DNA from: Octopus bimaculoides
Lineage: Eukaryota
DNA: 40,178 bases
Reading direction: 5' to 3'
Assembly (NCBI RefSeq): GCF_001194135.2
Contig: NC_068996.1
Coordinates: forward strand, 26,650,872 to 26,691,049
Shown in pieces: positions 23,811 through 38,449 of this stretch. The number at the start of each line of letters is the position of its first letter. The first letter of the stretch is position 1. The notes beneath the pieces are model-generated. The model did not search any database. It worked only from the letters and a program-made list of their open reading frames with translations, and was not told where the DNA came from. The position numbers and the translations under genes are program-made.

Positions 23811-24858
23811 AGGAGACATATTAAAAGTAGTATAATTTATTACACAATTAAATTTGACTAAGTTTGTAAACTGTCAGGTGAAATTTAATGGCTTGGTCAA
23901 AAAGAAACATGTATTGTTATTGGTCAAGAGAGTTCCAGCTGTTATCACCTTGTCTTTATATGTCAAGGACTCCATTCCCCAGGTGTAGGCTCTCTTGATA
24001 TGTTTGCAAAATTGTGATATACAACATGAATAAAACTAATTTTAAAAGACCTGAATAGGCAAGTGTACTACACTTAGTCTGCAAACCTTTTTTTCTCTTA
24101 TTTTGCAAAATTTGACTCTTGTTTGAAAGTAACCTTTGGGTGTAATGTTGGAAAGAAGTCCCCATATTTTGGTTAGCTATTATTAGATTGAAAATAATTC
24201 TGTTAAAATGAACAGTAGTTGCAACAAACATTTTTGTAAGCATTTTAACTAAGATTTGTGTCTTGTTGGTTTGAAGAAGTAATCCTCAACTAGCATGTTC
24301 AATTGAATAACTTTTCTCAGTTTTATTCATTTAACATGAAGATGTTAGAATTAAAAATTGTGTTAAGACCTATCATGAAACTGATTCTGAACAAATATGA
24401 ACTAAATCAGTCTATTTACTAATTGCTTCACTGAAGATTCCAATAAATAATTGAAAGATGGTTTAGCTATGATCAAATTAGATTGAATTGGCAGTTATTA
24501 ATGTTAGATAGAATGCTCTGGCTTCAAATACCACTGAGGTCAATTTTCATGTTTTTGAGGATTGGATTGACAGAATTGTTACTCAAATGAGATTCTTTTT
24601 GGTTGCAATGTGTGTTTTGACTCTGTATTTTGATTTCAAATCCAACTCCTCACTGGAAAAATGGTGATAGCTCTTTCAGGACTTGTGACCATAATATTGT
24701 GTCAGCAATTTGAAAACCAGAACTGCTTAAACCATCTGTGGTCATGTTGCCAAAGCGACAAATACCACCATAAACTGCTTGTTTGTTAATAGTTACAAGT
24801 TAGATAAACACTTATATATCAACAAATTGTTTACTTTGCTAGTATACAACTAGTATTC

Positions 24859-24934
24859 NNNNNNNNNNNNNNNNNNNNNNNNNNNNNNNNNNNNNNNNNN
24901 NNNNNNNNNNNNNNNNNNNNNNNNNNNNNNNNNN
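24859..24934. other. Assembly gap (N run)
   Basis: 76 N. Confidence 1.
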
Positions 24935-25681
24935 TCTTTCATGGAAAGTGTTCTACCATTTTTCTTAAGCTAACTCTGAATTTGAATAATCTTTGAATGC
25001 AGTAAATAAAAGAAATGCTACAAGTATATCAATGTAGTTGACTTGGAAATGAGTACTCCAGTGTCTGTCTAATAATGTTAACTGGTACAGTGTGAACAAT
25101 TTCCAGAAAGTATAACATTAAATCTTTAAAAAGTATTTACGTTTCAAATTTTCAAAAGGCATTGGACTCGGTTACTTGTCTTCGTGATTCAAAATCATTA
25201 TTCCAAACAATAAAGGGAAAATTCATTGGTACTTAGGGTCAGCAGAAAATATGATTGACAAATTGGACCAAATAAGTGCATTGTTTGTTATACTTCTAGT
25301 AAGCTTTTCATGTAAATTTTTGCCTATAATAATCTACTGAAAATATCTGAATAACAAATAGCCAGAATGAGTAGCCTAACTACACCTCTGAAACTACTTA
25401 TGTGATCTATCATGTAAACAAATATATTTAAATGATTTACATTTCAGTTTTGAGACTAACATTCTATAATTGTTTTATGGAGATGATCTAAATTCATAGT
25501 TATTTTAGAATTTTGAAACAAAATGTAGTAATGAAAGAGTTAAAGAAGTTTAAAAATACTTATTACAAATAAGGATTTTTTAAACTTTGAGATTTTATAT
25601 TATCCATAAGATTTTCTTGCTGGTCCTTTGTGGTCAGTTTTCTGTTTAATTTCCTGCTGAACTAGCAGAATTTTTAGTGAC

Positions 25682-25870
25682 AGAACAAAATGCCTCATGG
25701 TATTTCTTTTGGCTCTTATATATTCTGAGTTCATATCCCACCATGATCAACTTTGCCTTTCATCCTTTCAGGGTTGACAAAATAAGAGTGCCAGTCAAAT
25801 ATTGAGATTGGACTGCATCGACTGACTCCTTTCTCCTAATATTGCTGGCATTGTTCTTTAATTAGAAACA
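25682..25870 (+). mobile_element. Decayed SINE with a ctttgcctttcatcctttc.ggg.t.ga.aaaataag core (resembles the MESC/Meta central domain, from memory)
   Basis: Core motif at about 25750-25795. Related fragments lie at 38450-38570 and about 24510-24570. Confidence 0.6.
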
Positions 25871-26236
25871 TCTTATGAAAACATGAGCAGAGGTCACAGT
25901 GTGGAAGAAATAAGTGGTTTGAGACAATTGGGGTTGTATGTGAGATAGGGAGGTGTTTACAGATGTTTTAAATTATTTAAAACATTGAATAACTGACTTT
26001 TTTTAAAAGTACCTTTTGGTGGAGTTTTTTTTCTTTTTTTTTTAAAGTAAAAAGAAGTGATTCTGAAGGTTGGTAAGTCTTCCAACCTGTATTAGTTGAC
26101 AGTCCTTAAGTAAATATTGTGTGGAATTGATTGTTGAAAGACAAATGTGTATCTAGGCTTAAACAATTTCACGAGTGTAGTATGTTAGAAATTTATTTCA
26201 AATGAACAAATGAAGATATTTTAAGTAGTTATTAGG

Positions 26237-26267
<31 letters not shown>

Positions 26268-29200
26268 TTCCTACAGAGTTTAGTGTACTAATTCAGCAAA
26301 ATTAATTTTTAGCATGTTTAAAAGATTAAGTTGAAATAAGTAAACATTGAAAATATTAGATTGTCATCTTCAAGTACTATTATTCTCTATGAACATATTT
26401 TTGAGTTAGGACTAAGCTTTTGATACCTTTTATTTGTAAATATTGTTACTATTTTTAAGAATAGCATAAAGGCATAAGTAGCTCACAAATACCACCCTTC
26501 AACCCCTTTTATAGTGAATTTTTTTGTGCCACTCCTTAATACGAAAAAACAAAATAGTTTGCTTCCACAAAATTCTTCTTTCTTCACAGTATTTATAAAA
26601 TTAGAAGCCATCTTGATTTTATTAAACATGGCTATATGTTCACCTCTTTTCAGTCCTCAAAGGCCTCACCCACCTGAGAAACACTATACCAGATAATGAA
26701 AGAATGGGAGTGTAGACAATTAAAATGTTAATAGTCGTTTTGTTCATGGCATATTACTCTAGAAATAGTTTTATCTCAGCTATGCAGAGGGCATAAATCA
26801 CTCCTAATTTGACATTCACCAAAGACAAGCATTTTTGTTTTAGATATGAAGCATATCTTTTCTTTTATGAAACCAAGTCCTTTTCGCAACATAACAGTTT
26901 CATTCTAAAAAGTGGTGACCGCCTCCAGTTTTCTCTTCACACTATTTGAACAAATTTCTTTCAAAATTTTAGCACAATTTCTTGCTAAAATTATGTAGTG
27001 AGGCTTTATAAAGTAAAGGAAAAAGGAATCGACATATATTTCCCCTTTGTTGGAAGGAACTTAGCATAGTCTATGAAATATATGCATTGTTAGTATTATA
27101 TAAAAAATAGCTGGTAATAGTATTTTGTATATCTTGTGTATATGTGAAACTATGTGTATGTCTTAATTTGATTTGATAATTACTGCTGCATCTCATCATT
27201 TCATCCACTTTTACTTTTCAATGAGTTTATAATTTTTAAATTCTAAAATTTGTATAAGTAACTGAATTATATAAAATTTGATGATGACTGTAGTTTAAAT
27301 TCTGATCCTTCCATTAAACTATCAAAATAACTTTATATTGGTGCTGCTTCACACTTCTCACTCTTGTTATCTAGCTTATTTGCTTGATATATTGATTTGC
27401 TTTTATGAGTGAAAATGCTTGTCCCAAAGCTAATTAAAACCTGATACTTCAGTGTATAAAGTTTTGTTGGGATGCTAAGTTCTTGACAATTATATCCAGT
27501 GTCTAAGCGTAGTAGTACTATTTCCAAATATGGGGAACAATAGTTATTCCTTTCTCTAATTCCTCAACTATCAGCTGAATATAATTCTGACAGAGATAAT
27601 AAATTGAGATTAATTTCAAAACTTGATACCTGATGGTATCAATGAAAGAATTGAAAAATGATCAGAATTTTGCTGTCATCTGAACTTAGGATCAAACTAA
27701 TTATTTTATAATCGAATTCTTCATTTTTTTCTGATTTTTATAATTGTACCTGTATTTCAATTTGTCAAATTGTTCTTATGGCTTACAGCCTAATCACTCT
27801 TACTGCTCTTGCTTCTAAACTGTCCTGATTTTTTGCCATTTACTTATAGAAGTATGTATATTTAATTTTACTTAACAGTACTGTATAAATCTGATTACTT
27901 AACCATTTTATTCATGACCCAGTATTTTAAGAAGCTTCTATTTAGATTACACTGATAATACAGGTTATAATTTTTCTTTATGAACTTGTTGGTCGAGTTA
28001 ATGAAACAATGTCATCTAAACTACTTGTTTAGAGATGTTTGCAGCCTTGTAAGTTACACTGGGTTATGTGTAACGGTAATTCTAAACTTGGTTGAAAACA
28101 ATATTTTAATATATTTCTATTTCAATAAGAGTCCATATAAAAAGTCATCATTAAAGACAACAGCAGAGGCAAGAAGCAGGAGTGCAGCTGAAGCCAGTGT
28201 TAAACTGAATGGAAGAGAGAGCTCAGTGGACAGCAGGAGTGGTCCATATTAAAGGGAATTTAGAATGAAAAGCAGTGATGAGCAAGATATTCAGAATTGC
28301 AGACAGAGCTAACAGTCTATTTTCTAATAGATTTTTTTCATGATCAATATTTTCATTCAAGGAATATTGAATAGTATTTTTAGTAGAAAGTGATTATTTT
28401 CTAAAGATTAACATATCTCTAGGCTAACATTGCATTTTTTTTATATTATGAAAATATAGTCTTCAATTTTCATCCTTTGTAACTTAATACAAAACATCAG
28501 AAGCAGCACTCAAAAGTTCTTTTTATTTCTCTGGTTTATTTTTTCCTTTCTTGCTCACTGTAATATAATCCTTTGACATTGAAAAATCATTTGAGTTATA
28601 GAAATTAAATTTCTATAGGGCATCAACAAGATTCATTATTGCTGCCAAATTATGTAACAAAACCTGTCTAATTTTTCAAAATTAAACGAACAATTCAGAT
28701 TAAATCTTGGAACAAAGCTGAAAGAAACCAGTTCATATTAAAAGGAATGTTTTAGTCTCTTAAAGTTTGTTAGTTTCATACTAAATATGATCTGCACTGA
28801 TATAATATAATCATCCCATCTTTCCACCTCAAAAGAGCCCTAAAGGTTGTCTCTTCCTTCTTGGGATTTTTTGAATTTTTATTGACACCATTACTAATTG
28901 TTGCAGTGTATTCATGCTCACCATAATTTTAATAATGTTAAGTTGATAAATATGTCTCCAATCTAACACAGGGTTTTTCTGTAAGAGAATATCTTAGTGT
29001 TTAATATTTTATTAGATTTAGCTAGTGTGCTAATGACCACAGTTGTCGTTGGTTGTAGCACTTTCATAATCAAATTAAAATTCTCAACTGAAACCATGTT
29101 GTTATAAGACAGAATGAAAACTGCTTGAATTCTGGTTGTATTTCAAACATCAGTAAATAAAAAATTTAATACAAACCTCTGTAAAATACTTATTTTAAAA

Positions 29201-32200
29201 ATACATTGAAGCACATGAACAGTGTAATGTTGGAAGTAGAACAACAGAGCAGATGACAAAGACAGAAAAATGGGTTTGATATTGTTTGAAAATGATTAAT
29301 TACATGTAGTTTCCAAATTAAGTTAATGAAACACTATTGAAATGTGAGTGATATTCAGTATTAGTTTGTCATTGTAAATCATGAACTCTTATCAATTAAT
29401 ATTGTGTAGCCTCTGAACTTTATATTTGAGCATTTATTTGTTAAATGTTATTACAAAAATTGGTAGATTAGAAGACATTTGTTAACATAATGTGCTGCAT
29501 TGAAGCATCTGATGTTAGAAACATTTATAATCAATATATCTGCATAGTTATTATGCTAACAAAATTTTTTGATCTGAACTAAGAAATTGGTAAATTTTGT
29601 TTACATTACAAAAATGAAGAACTTGAAAAAGTATTTTGAGCAGAAGTAATTTTTTTTATATTTTGTAAATCTCTTAAATTCTTGGTTGTTGGTAACCTAG
29701 TTTTTAAAATCTTCAGATAACATGAAAGATGGTAACAAATTTAATGTACTTACTCTTCACTAATATTAAAAGATATGGAATTGTTTTGTAATTATGTAAT
29801 GTATTGGTAGTTGAGTTTTAAAAAACAATTTCATTTATATTTCATGTATTAAAAAAGAAAATATTGAATGTTCAATCAAATCCTAGTTACATCTTAACTA
29901 TTATAATTAGATGATTTGTTTTTAATTTTTTTAATGCAAAGAATAGTCCATTTGTATTTTTTTTTTTCTGTAAAAATGGTGTAGCCTTTTATATTTTACT
30001 GAATCTTTTTTTTTCTTCCATTCACACCCTTTATCTCAGAATTTTCAAATAACAGTAAAGTTTTTAGATAATGTAACAAAAACTTGATCATGTGAAATAT
30101 TTTTTAGTTTAAATTTTAGTTGAAAATTTGTAATTTATTGATTCTGTCAGGTTAGCCCTATAAAATCTAAGTGTCATTTTCTTCACATTATTGCTGAAAG
30201 AGAATGTCTTGAATTAATATTTCTGGTTAATGTAAACTGATGTTTAAAGAAATCATATTACTGCCCATCATTGCAGGAACTTCAATGTTTACAATGAAAA
30301 ATATCCTCATGAATCAAATAATGAATTACGAAACTGCTGAGATACTTAGCGTAAAGTTATGCTAGGCATTATAAAAGTACTATTCAGAAATGACAACCGG
30401 AAACGGACCTGTCTCTCTTTTGTGCCTCAACAGCACATATAATGTTGCTTACAGTGTTGGGCATTATTTTTTAAATTTCAAATGGAACCAAAAACAGCTC
30501 TTATTCATTATATATGTACACACATATACATGCAAGATCTTGCATAGAAAATTAATATCCACCCTACATTCTCTACTGGTTGCTACTTACTAAGTATGTA
30601 TAATTTTTGTAATGTGCCATATTTGGGTTTTAAGTAAGATTTCCATTTCATATTTCAGCTACCATATAGTTACTATCTAAAGGTTAGCAACATTAATTTT
30701 TCAGTATTAAAATAAATTTGGTAGCTGTAATTTTATAATTTCAGATACTATATTCAGGACATTCTCTATGAACTGTTGATATCCTGATACTAAATAGTTA
30801 TTACATTTAAATTTATTCTGCATTTGACCTAGTTGCTAATGCCATTGGATTACTTTCTCTTCTATTAATACTAGCTTATTGTTCTTGTATAGTGTAAGCT
30901 GTCTTATTGAGCTATGTCTGGTGCTAGTAAACAACTCTTGCTGACAAGCTACCTACCTGGCAAGCAAATAGGAATCAATAAAAGGTTTTTTTTTTTCTTG
31001 TAAATATATATGTTAATATATTCAAGTTATTTCTAAAATATTTGTGTGGAAGATTGATGCAATTATTTGTTGTAATTATATATTTGTTTTAATACAAACA
31101 TTAGGATTGATTTAAATAAGTTTAAACTATATTTATGATCTGTAAACTTATTAAAATTCATATTGATTTGATGGTGTATACGTGTGTATACACTACCTTT
31201 TGGAAGAAAAATTACCAGTAATTAATATTATACTTTTATATTCACAAGAAAATGCCTGTCAAAGTTAATTACCAACATAATTATGTTTAATGCTTGATTC
31301 ACTTCTTGGAGTATTAATAATTTAGCATGCAACCTTGATTCTTCATATCACATTTACATTGATTCCATAAACATATCTCAAAATATAATCGATTGGAGTC
31401 AAACCAATCTTGTCTCCTTTGGCAGTATAAATACAGTCACTAGGCATAGAAAGAAAACATACCTTACCCTCCTAAAATTTGAACAAAATGCATCAAGAAC
31501 CCTCAAGATAGATACTGATGCCAGGCCCCATTACTAAGAATTGCTGCTGTCAAAACGCTTTCAACACAGCAAAAACTTTATCTCTAAGGCGTTTTCTTCA
31601 GGGTTGGAAAATAAATTTAAATCAAGGCCTTTTTCAACAAAACTTAGGTGAGACCCACAACAAAATATTGCTTTCACATCTAGGTTAGTGCGGTGGTTAA
31701 ACATACATTCTAAATTGCATTGTAAAACAAAAAAAGGGGGGGTGCCTATTTGATTGGCATGAAGTTTTCCTCTGCCTTTTGTCACTACTACTTCAGTGAT
31801 CTCTGCACCTTTCGATTTGGCTTAATCTCATATTCGTCCATTTCAGGCACTTCCAACTTGTTCCTTGCTACTCCCTCCTGTCAATCACAGATCCTGCACT
31901 AACTACTACATCTTTCTTCCTAGAAATATTTCCATATCCTTGTTTTCCCTGCAGACATCAATTTACAACTGGGGGAGAAACATTAACTGCATTGACTTTG
32001 TCTTAGAGGTTGTGTGCTAATCATTGACTACTCACTTTTCCACACCAAAATAGGACCAAAAATAAAAGTCAATATTTTAAAAATCACAAACTGTTGCATT
32101 TAATTTAAGAGATCTGTGAACAATAAGTCTAGAATATGTTTGTTTTTAAATATTTCATTATGATAATGAATATAAATGGATTAGAAGTTAAATATACAAA

Positions 32201-32906
32201 ATGACTTCATCTGAATTTTCAGTGTTTACATTTAACAATTTTGATCTACTTAAAATCACAAGGTCATGACTTCTAAAGGATTACATTGAAAATATAACTT
32301 GCAATTAAGTTCATGTGTTACCAGAATCATGTGGTTTGTGCATTTAAGTTAAAACTTGCAAAAGTCAATGTCATCATATAAGATAAAACTTCATCAAACA
32401 GTGGTAACGAAACGATAAAAGAAATAAACTTACTCTAGTAATATATAACTACCCATTATTATGAAAACCATGTTTCATGCTTACATAAAAATATAGATTT
32501 TTAAAACAATAAATGAATTGAAATCTACATAGATCTTAACATTTGTTGATATGAAGATTCATGTTTAGGATCATTTCATTTCATCTCATTTGATATTTTC
32601 CTTTCTAGTTGTGTGCATATTTTCAAATCAAACTAGTTCATTGTTAGAAATATTTGATTTTTAATAAAACATTAAATATATTTGACAAATATTTCTATAA
32701 AATATTGAAATTTTTAGGAATTTTTTTTTTTTTTTAATCTTATAAATTAATTGAAATACTTTATACAAATTGCTAAAATATTGAATATTGATACTTTCAT
32801 GGTTTTCTGCCAGAACATTTGCTTTCTTCACTTTTCAAAATGTTTTTTTTTTTTAATGGTTGCTTGTATTGGTCTATTTAATGTTTTAAATATATATATA
32901 TATAAG

Positions 32907-32943
<37 letters not shown>

Positions 32944-33898
32944 ATTTTTTTTAGTATATTATCTAAATTCTAATATATTGAAATAGTAAAAATTGCTAAA
33001 TCATATCAGTACTTTATTAGAAAATGATTCTTTACAGCACTTAGAAATTCTTCCTTTGTGGATGGCAAACCATCAACTTTGATTGTAGTATTATTAGGGG
33101 GTCAGATATTGATGTTCCATACTGTTTATATTTCAACTAGTGTGGAAAGTGCACAACTTATATGTGGATAACTTGGGCTCTATTCAAAAAAGAGAGGAAA
33201 AAAATCTACTACAGCAATAGTGCCAATCAATTGCTTTAAGCCATCTTTCAGAGATGAATGAACAAAGATTTATAATAATTAATTTTAATTTGCTTTTAAG
33301 TTTCATTTAATTCTGTTTTTATTTATTCAATTTTCCTTTTCTCTTTTTTTCTGGCTCACCTTGGTACAACTCTGTGATGCCTGTTATATTAGATGAAATA
33401 CAGTAACCATGCTACTGCTGGTAATATAATTCTGAAAACTTCTGGCTTCAGTATCTTAGCAGTTAGCTTAGATATCTTTTAAAGTCTTCCATATAGAAGT
33501 TATATTTTAATTGTATATTATGAAGATACTTTGGTAGGAAAATGGGAATGGATTTAGGAAGTTATTGAAGCCAGTCTTTCTGAATTATTTTTTTTTATAT
33601 TACAATAATATTAGGAATGCTGCTGTTGAGTACCTATCTTGAGATTTGATTATAATAGCAGCAATATTCCTCACTTTATGCATAATCAAAATGCATAAAA
33701 TATCATTCATTTGAACTCTATTTACTTCTTTCTCTCTTCACTTTTCTTCTTACTCTTCCTCTCTCTTTTTTTTTTTTCTTAGTTGGTTCAAATTTCCATC
33801 TTCGACAGTTTTAATCCGGGTAACAATTTGTATCCAAATGATGCATAATAGTGTAGACATTTATAGAAACAAACATTTATAGATTTTATTTAAATTAG

Positions 33899-34045
33899 GC
33901 TGAAAGTTCCACTCAATGGTATCTTGATAGGTATTGAAAGTCAGGTCTGGGCACCCTCATATGCATACGAAGATTGTCAACCCGGGGACGAACCGTTGAG
34001 ACATAATATGATGGCTTCTCTTCAAATTTGGCACAAAAACCAAGG
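33899..34045 (+). other. Candidate Nova exon: either a 147-nt poison cassette exon or an alternative first exon with CDS 33961-34045 (MHTKIVNPGDEPLRHNMMASLQIWHKNQ-G)
   Basis: Consensus phase-1 donor AAG|gtgagc at 34046. The frame is open from ATG 33961 (also ATGATG at 34009-34014). Local CpG cluster in a CpG-poor intron. Upstream acceptor ttttatttaaattag|GC is followed at once by an in-frame TGA. Confidence 0.45.
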
Positions 34046-36816
34046 TGAGCCATGAATGCATTGCTTTGATTTTTCCCATAGCCAAATTTTTCATTTGTTC
34101 TCATTACAATATCTGTCAGGAGAATGATGTCACTTGCCAAATTTAGCATAATTCTATTTTGTGAACGAGTGGATAAAACATGCATGTCTTAAATAACTTT
34201 TTAAAAAATGGTAAAAATCAAACATATCCATGCTTTTTGTTTGTGTCTAACATTAAAGTTTCAGGTGGCTGACTCTGGACATCACTGTTACTTTTGTCCT
34301 TTTCCCTTCGGTGTCCATTTATTTCCATGCAAAATTTTGCCTGGCTTGATTGGAAATTTGCAATTATCATTTTTTCAAGGCATTTATGTAATGAGATTTC
34401 AGAAAAACTTTTAATGCTTTAAGCCCTTGCCTAGCCTTCCTCTTTAGTGGCTATTAGATTCTTTATTTCTCAAATTGACAGCACCATCCTTATACATTTA
34501 TGGCCATTGCTTGTTGCACACCTGTAATCTAATTTTTTTTTTCATTCGAAAGTTACAGTATTGTATTCTAGATTTAGTATTCCTTTTCTGTATTTACTAA
34601 CAAATTTTATTTTTCCTTATATATATTCATTAGTTTACTTAATTTTACACCAGATACACTTTTAATTTTATCATATATAGTTTAGATGGTTTTGAACCGC
34701 TTCTATAAAATGATAGCAGTATGTGCAAGTTCCAGTGTTTGTAAGTGTTCATTTAAGTAGATATCCTTAGCAGTGAGTGTTGAAACCTTCAAAACTTAGG
34801 GCAAGCCATAAATAACTAATGAATACGTTGATTCCAGCGTCTCCCCACAAGCCTAAGGCTATTTATTTTTAATGATATTGGGTTTCACACATTCTATGTA
34901 ACTGAAAAATTTTCTCAGGATAATCACTGGATCTTAATGTAACATATTTTGCTTTATGACAAATGTAATTAAAATATACGAGAATAGTTGTGAAGCACTT
35001 GTTTTATGGAATAAAAATAATGTACAATTACAAAGATGTGATAGGAAAGATTTGCTTGTGAATCTTGTTTCCACTATTAAAAACCAAAGAATAACTTCTA
35101 TCACAAACAAACAAACAAATGGTATGGTCCTTAGTCCATGCTTGCAACACATTCAGAAATTGAGTTTTGAATCACCATGTTAAAATTTAAAAAATCAAAA
35201 GCATCATCTTCCAATAGTTGAAAAAAGTAGGTTTGTGTACGGAGTAATAAAATATTCCATAATTGATTTCTGCATTTATGTGACTGCCTGACATATGCTA
35301 CACTGCAATAAGAATATATGCTCCATAAAATTGGGAAACCAAAGTTTATACACACACAGACATACATGTCACTGGCTATAGTAGTTTTTCAATTGCCCTA
35401 ATGCCCAAGAATGGCATATGCAGGCAAAAATATCAAAATCAATATTTCAAATGTACTGAAAATAGGAAGAAATAGCTTACAAAATTACAAATGATGGTGA
35501 GAGATGGTACCAGTGAGAAATTTTTATTACTTTATCTTTTCAAAAAAATTCCTCTCCCCCACTTTTTTTTCCCTAGCAGTTGTTAATAAATTTATGGATA
35601 GACAAAAGTTTATAACTGAGGTGTTTTATTAGTTCGTTTATTTAAAAAGATCTCCCTTGGCATATATTTCACAAAGACTTATTTTATTTTTTAAAGGTAC
35701 ATGTGTAGGCATTATTAGTTGATCACTTTAGACTGCTGAAAAATGGCAAGATCTGATTGAATATCTATTTAGAATGTTCCACTAGTTTCCAGTTTACAAC
35801 ATTTTCATTTATTTTTACTAACAGAGACCTGGACTACATTTTCTTTTTAACATTTAGCAACCATGGCAGTCTTTTGATCTTCCTCTCCCTTTCTTATTTT
35901 TTTTAAGTTTATAAAAATGTAGCTCAGAAAAATGAAAAAAATTATTCCTTGATCTTGGTTCTCATAAATACGAGTTCTGAATTTTCTTTTTAAACAATTT
36001 TATATTTCATTAATCGAAATTGACTTTGTCTCACATTTCTTTTCTGTACTCAAATGCAACTAATATAAAATAATTCAACATTAAAAAATAAGCTATTTAT
36101 ATAACATTTGCTGTGGTTTTGAACATATATAATGCATATATATGTTATATATATTGTATATATTATGTATATTTTATATATTGTATACATTATATATATA
36201 TTTTGTATTAACTGTTTTTGCAAAATCTCATTGCCTAATACTAATTTGGATTTTTTTTTTCTATTAAAAGCTGAACTTATTTCAATTTATTTTAAATGAC
36301 TATTATTTATTTTAATCAAGGAACATTTTTATGTTTTTCTATTACTATATTAGGATTTACTACATCAACTGTGGCTACAAATTAAAATTATATGCCATTG
36401 TAGTAAATAATTTTAAAAATGTTTTACTTTTAGTATTGAGTGATTATATATTTAACTCATCTGAACGTTATAACCAGTATTTTTCTTGTGTAGGTGGGGT
36501 AAGTCATTTTGGCAAATCTACTCCTTTCCAAACAATACCCATTTAAGCTTACTATTTTGCAAGTTACTAATTTTGGTATATAGCAAGTTGATATTGACAC
36601 CATATAAATTAACCAATTTTTGGTTGATAGCCAAGTATCTTTGCTTCACCCACAGTTTCTATCTTAACAATAAAAAAAGAAAATCACTTTCCTGGCTTAT
36701 GAATAAATATATATGTATATGTCTGCACTCTTTCTGATTGCAGTGTAAGTACTAAATAAGCAGAACATGTCCACAAAGGGAGCCCAGCATTTTTTTTTTT
36801 TTTTCATTTGTTTGTT

Positions 36817-36990
36817 CAGGTATGACTGCATGGTGCAGAAGCTTGCTTCTCAACCACATGATTTTGAGTTCAGTCTCACTGTGAGGCACTTTAGGCAAGT
36901 GTTTACTAAAGCCCTTGGTTGGGCTAAGCCTTTTGAGTGGATTTCATAAATGGAAAAATGAAAGGAGCCTGTTGTTTGTGTATCCCAGTA
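36817..36990 (+). mobile_element. Near-full-length decayed tRNA-derived SINE
   Basis: cagg.atgactgcatgg (A-box-like), agcttgcttctcaaccacatg, gagttcagtctcac (B-box-like), ggcaagtgt and gagtggattt. Confidence 0.7.
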
Positions 36991-38449
36991 TTGACATTGT
37001 ATGATAATAGTAAATTTGGTGACAAAGGTCATCTACCTGTAGAAAATCTGCCCTTGCATTCTTTGACTCATGCAACTATGGAAAATTGGATTCCAAAATT
37101 GTCATTTTTGAAATTTTTAGCTGGTAAAGCAACTCAGTGGAGGCTCCTTCATAAATGTAAAACTAAAATTGTTAGTACAGGAGAGGGTTTTTTTTTTTTT
37201 TTTTTTACCTGAGATAGAAAAAAATTTACCCTTTTCAAGAATTCTCTATTTCAGAGAAAAGGTCCTTGTAAATCTCAGTTGACTAGTTTTCCTACTGGGT
37301 TTGGTTTTGCTATATAAATTAGCAAAGCTTAAAATTTGTGGTTGCTGACACTTGGGATAATATTCAGTCAGGTGTCTGGTATGTTCAAATGATAGAGTAA
37401 ACTACCTTTTAATATCAATTTGCTGATATCACCACAGAACCATTAAATTAATCATGGTATTTTCTATTAGTTATAATATTGCCATATTTTCAGAATATTT
37501 GTTAGTGCGTAGTATTTCACAGAGACTGATGTTGATGAACAAGTGGTTAGTGTCTTAACAATATCCACCTCTTTTCATATAGAAAGTCCATATCCTTGCT
37601 ATGGATAGTTTAGTTATTTGAGGATGTTTATTATTTATTCAAGCAATTGCATGAGTAAAAGCTGAGATTTTATGCCAATAATGTTAGTGCAATCTCTAAC
37701 CTACACACAACACGTTTTGATTCAAGCCTTTGCTGATGTGGCACGTTTCCCCCACCTTTGAATAGTGTTGTTTACAAATAATTGCTTGATTGTATTTCAC
37801 CTTCCTCTCTTTAGAGCCAAACTTCTTTGCATAAAGTTAAATTTCATTAAAGATTTTGATTTTTCTCAAAAGCCAAATGCCACTTTAGCATTGTATGGAA
37901 GAAAAGCCTTATGAAATTTAATAATTTATAAAACTGAAATCAATATAATGAATTTGGTGTTGCTACTTCTATTTTTATCATTGTGCCATTACTGATTTAC
38001 TACTACTTCATTTTTTTTAGTTTTGAAAAGTTTCCTGATAATTTCTGAATCATTTCTATTTTCCCTACTATATTATAGTAGTAGTACAGGAGAAATAAAA
38101 TACAGCTTTACTATTTTAACTTCCTGCATGTAAATATATGGAAGAATTCTGATAATTTACTTAATTCTTCCTTGAATTGGTCTCGGTTATTTTTGTCATG
38201 GTCTTTCAATTAATATACAAACAAGTATCATTAAAAACAAAATGATATACATTAGAGATACAGAGAGCCTATGTGGTAACTAGAATTACTACACACTTAC
38301 TAGACTACTAATGCCCTTTGGCTGACTACAAAATCATTAAAACTGTTACAAGCAAGGTGCACTGTTTTGTTTGACTGTTGGAGTGGGTTTCATTTCTAGT
38401 TAATATTAAAACTACCTGGGCAGTGGATTGACTGAATCTATTGAATGAT

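Noticed and set aside
26048-26078. G|gtaagt donor with 25-, 18- or 15-nt microexon options
   Set aside because: The first AG after the pyrimidine tract gives a frameshift, and the in-frame options need purine-rich AAG acceptors. It illustrates how easily such patterns arise by chance.
27980-28310. Purine-rich ORF tail (KTTAEARSRSAAEASVKLNGRESS)
   Set aside because: No supportable splice sites or domain. Likely decayed TE sequence.
31602-32008. Pseudo-exons 31602-31647 (46 nt) and 31955-32008 (54 nt)
   Set aside because: The first frameshifts and the second has an in-frame stop and a weak donor. Neither has other support.
33913-34185. 90-aa antisense ORF with protein-like composition
   Set aside because: No recognisable family. 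Better explained as the shadow of the sense-strand candidate exon and its less AT-rich context.
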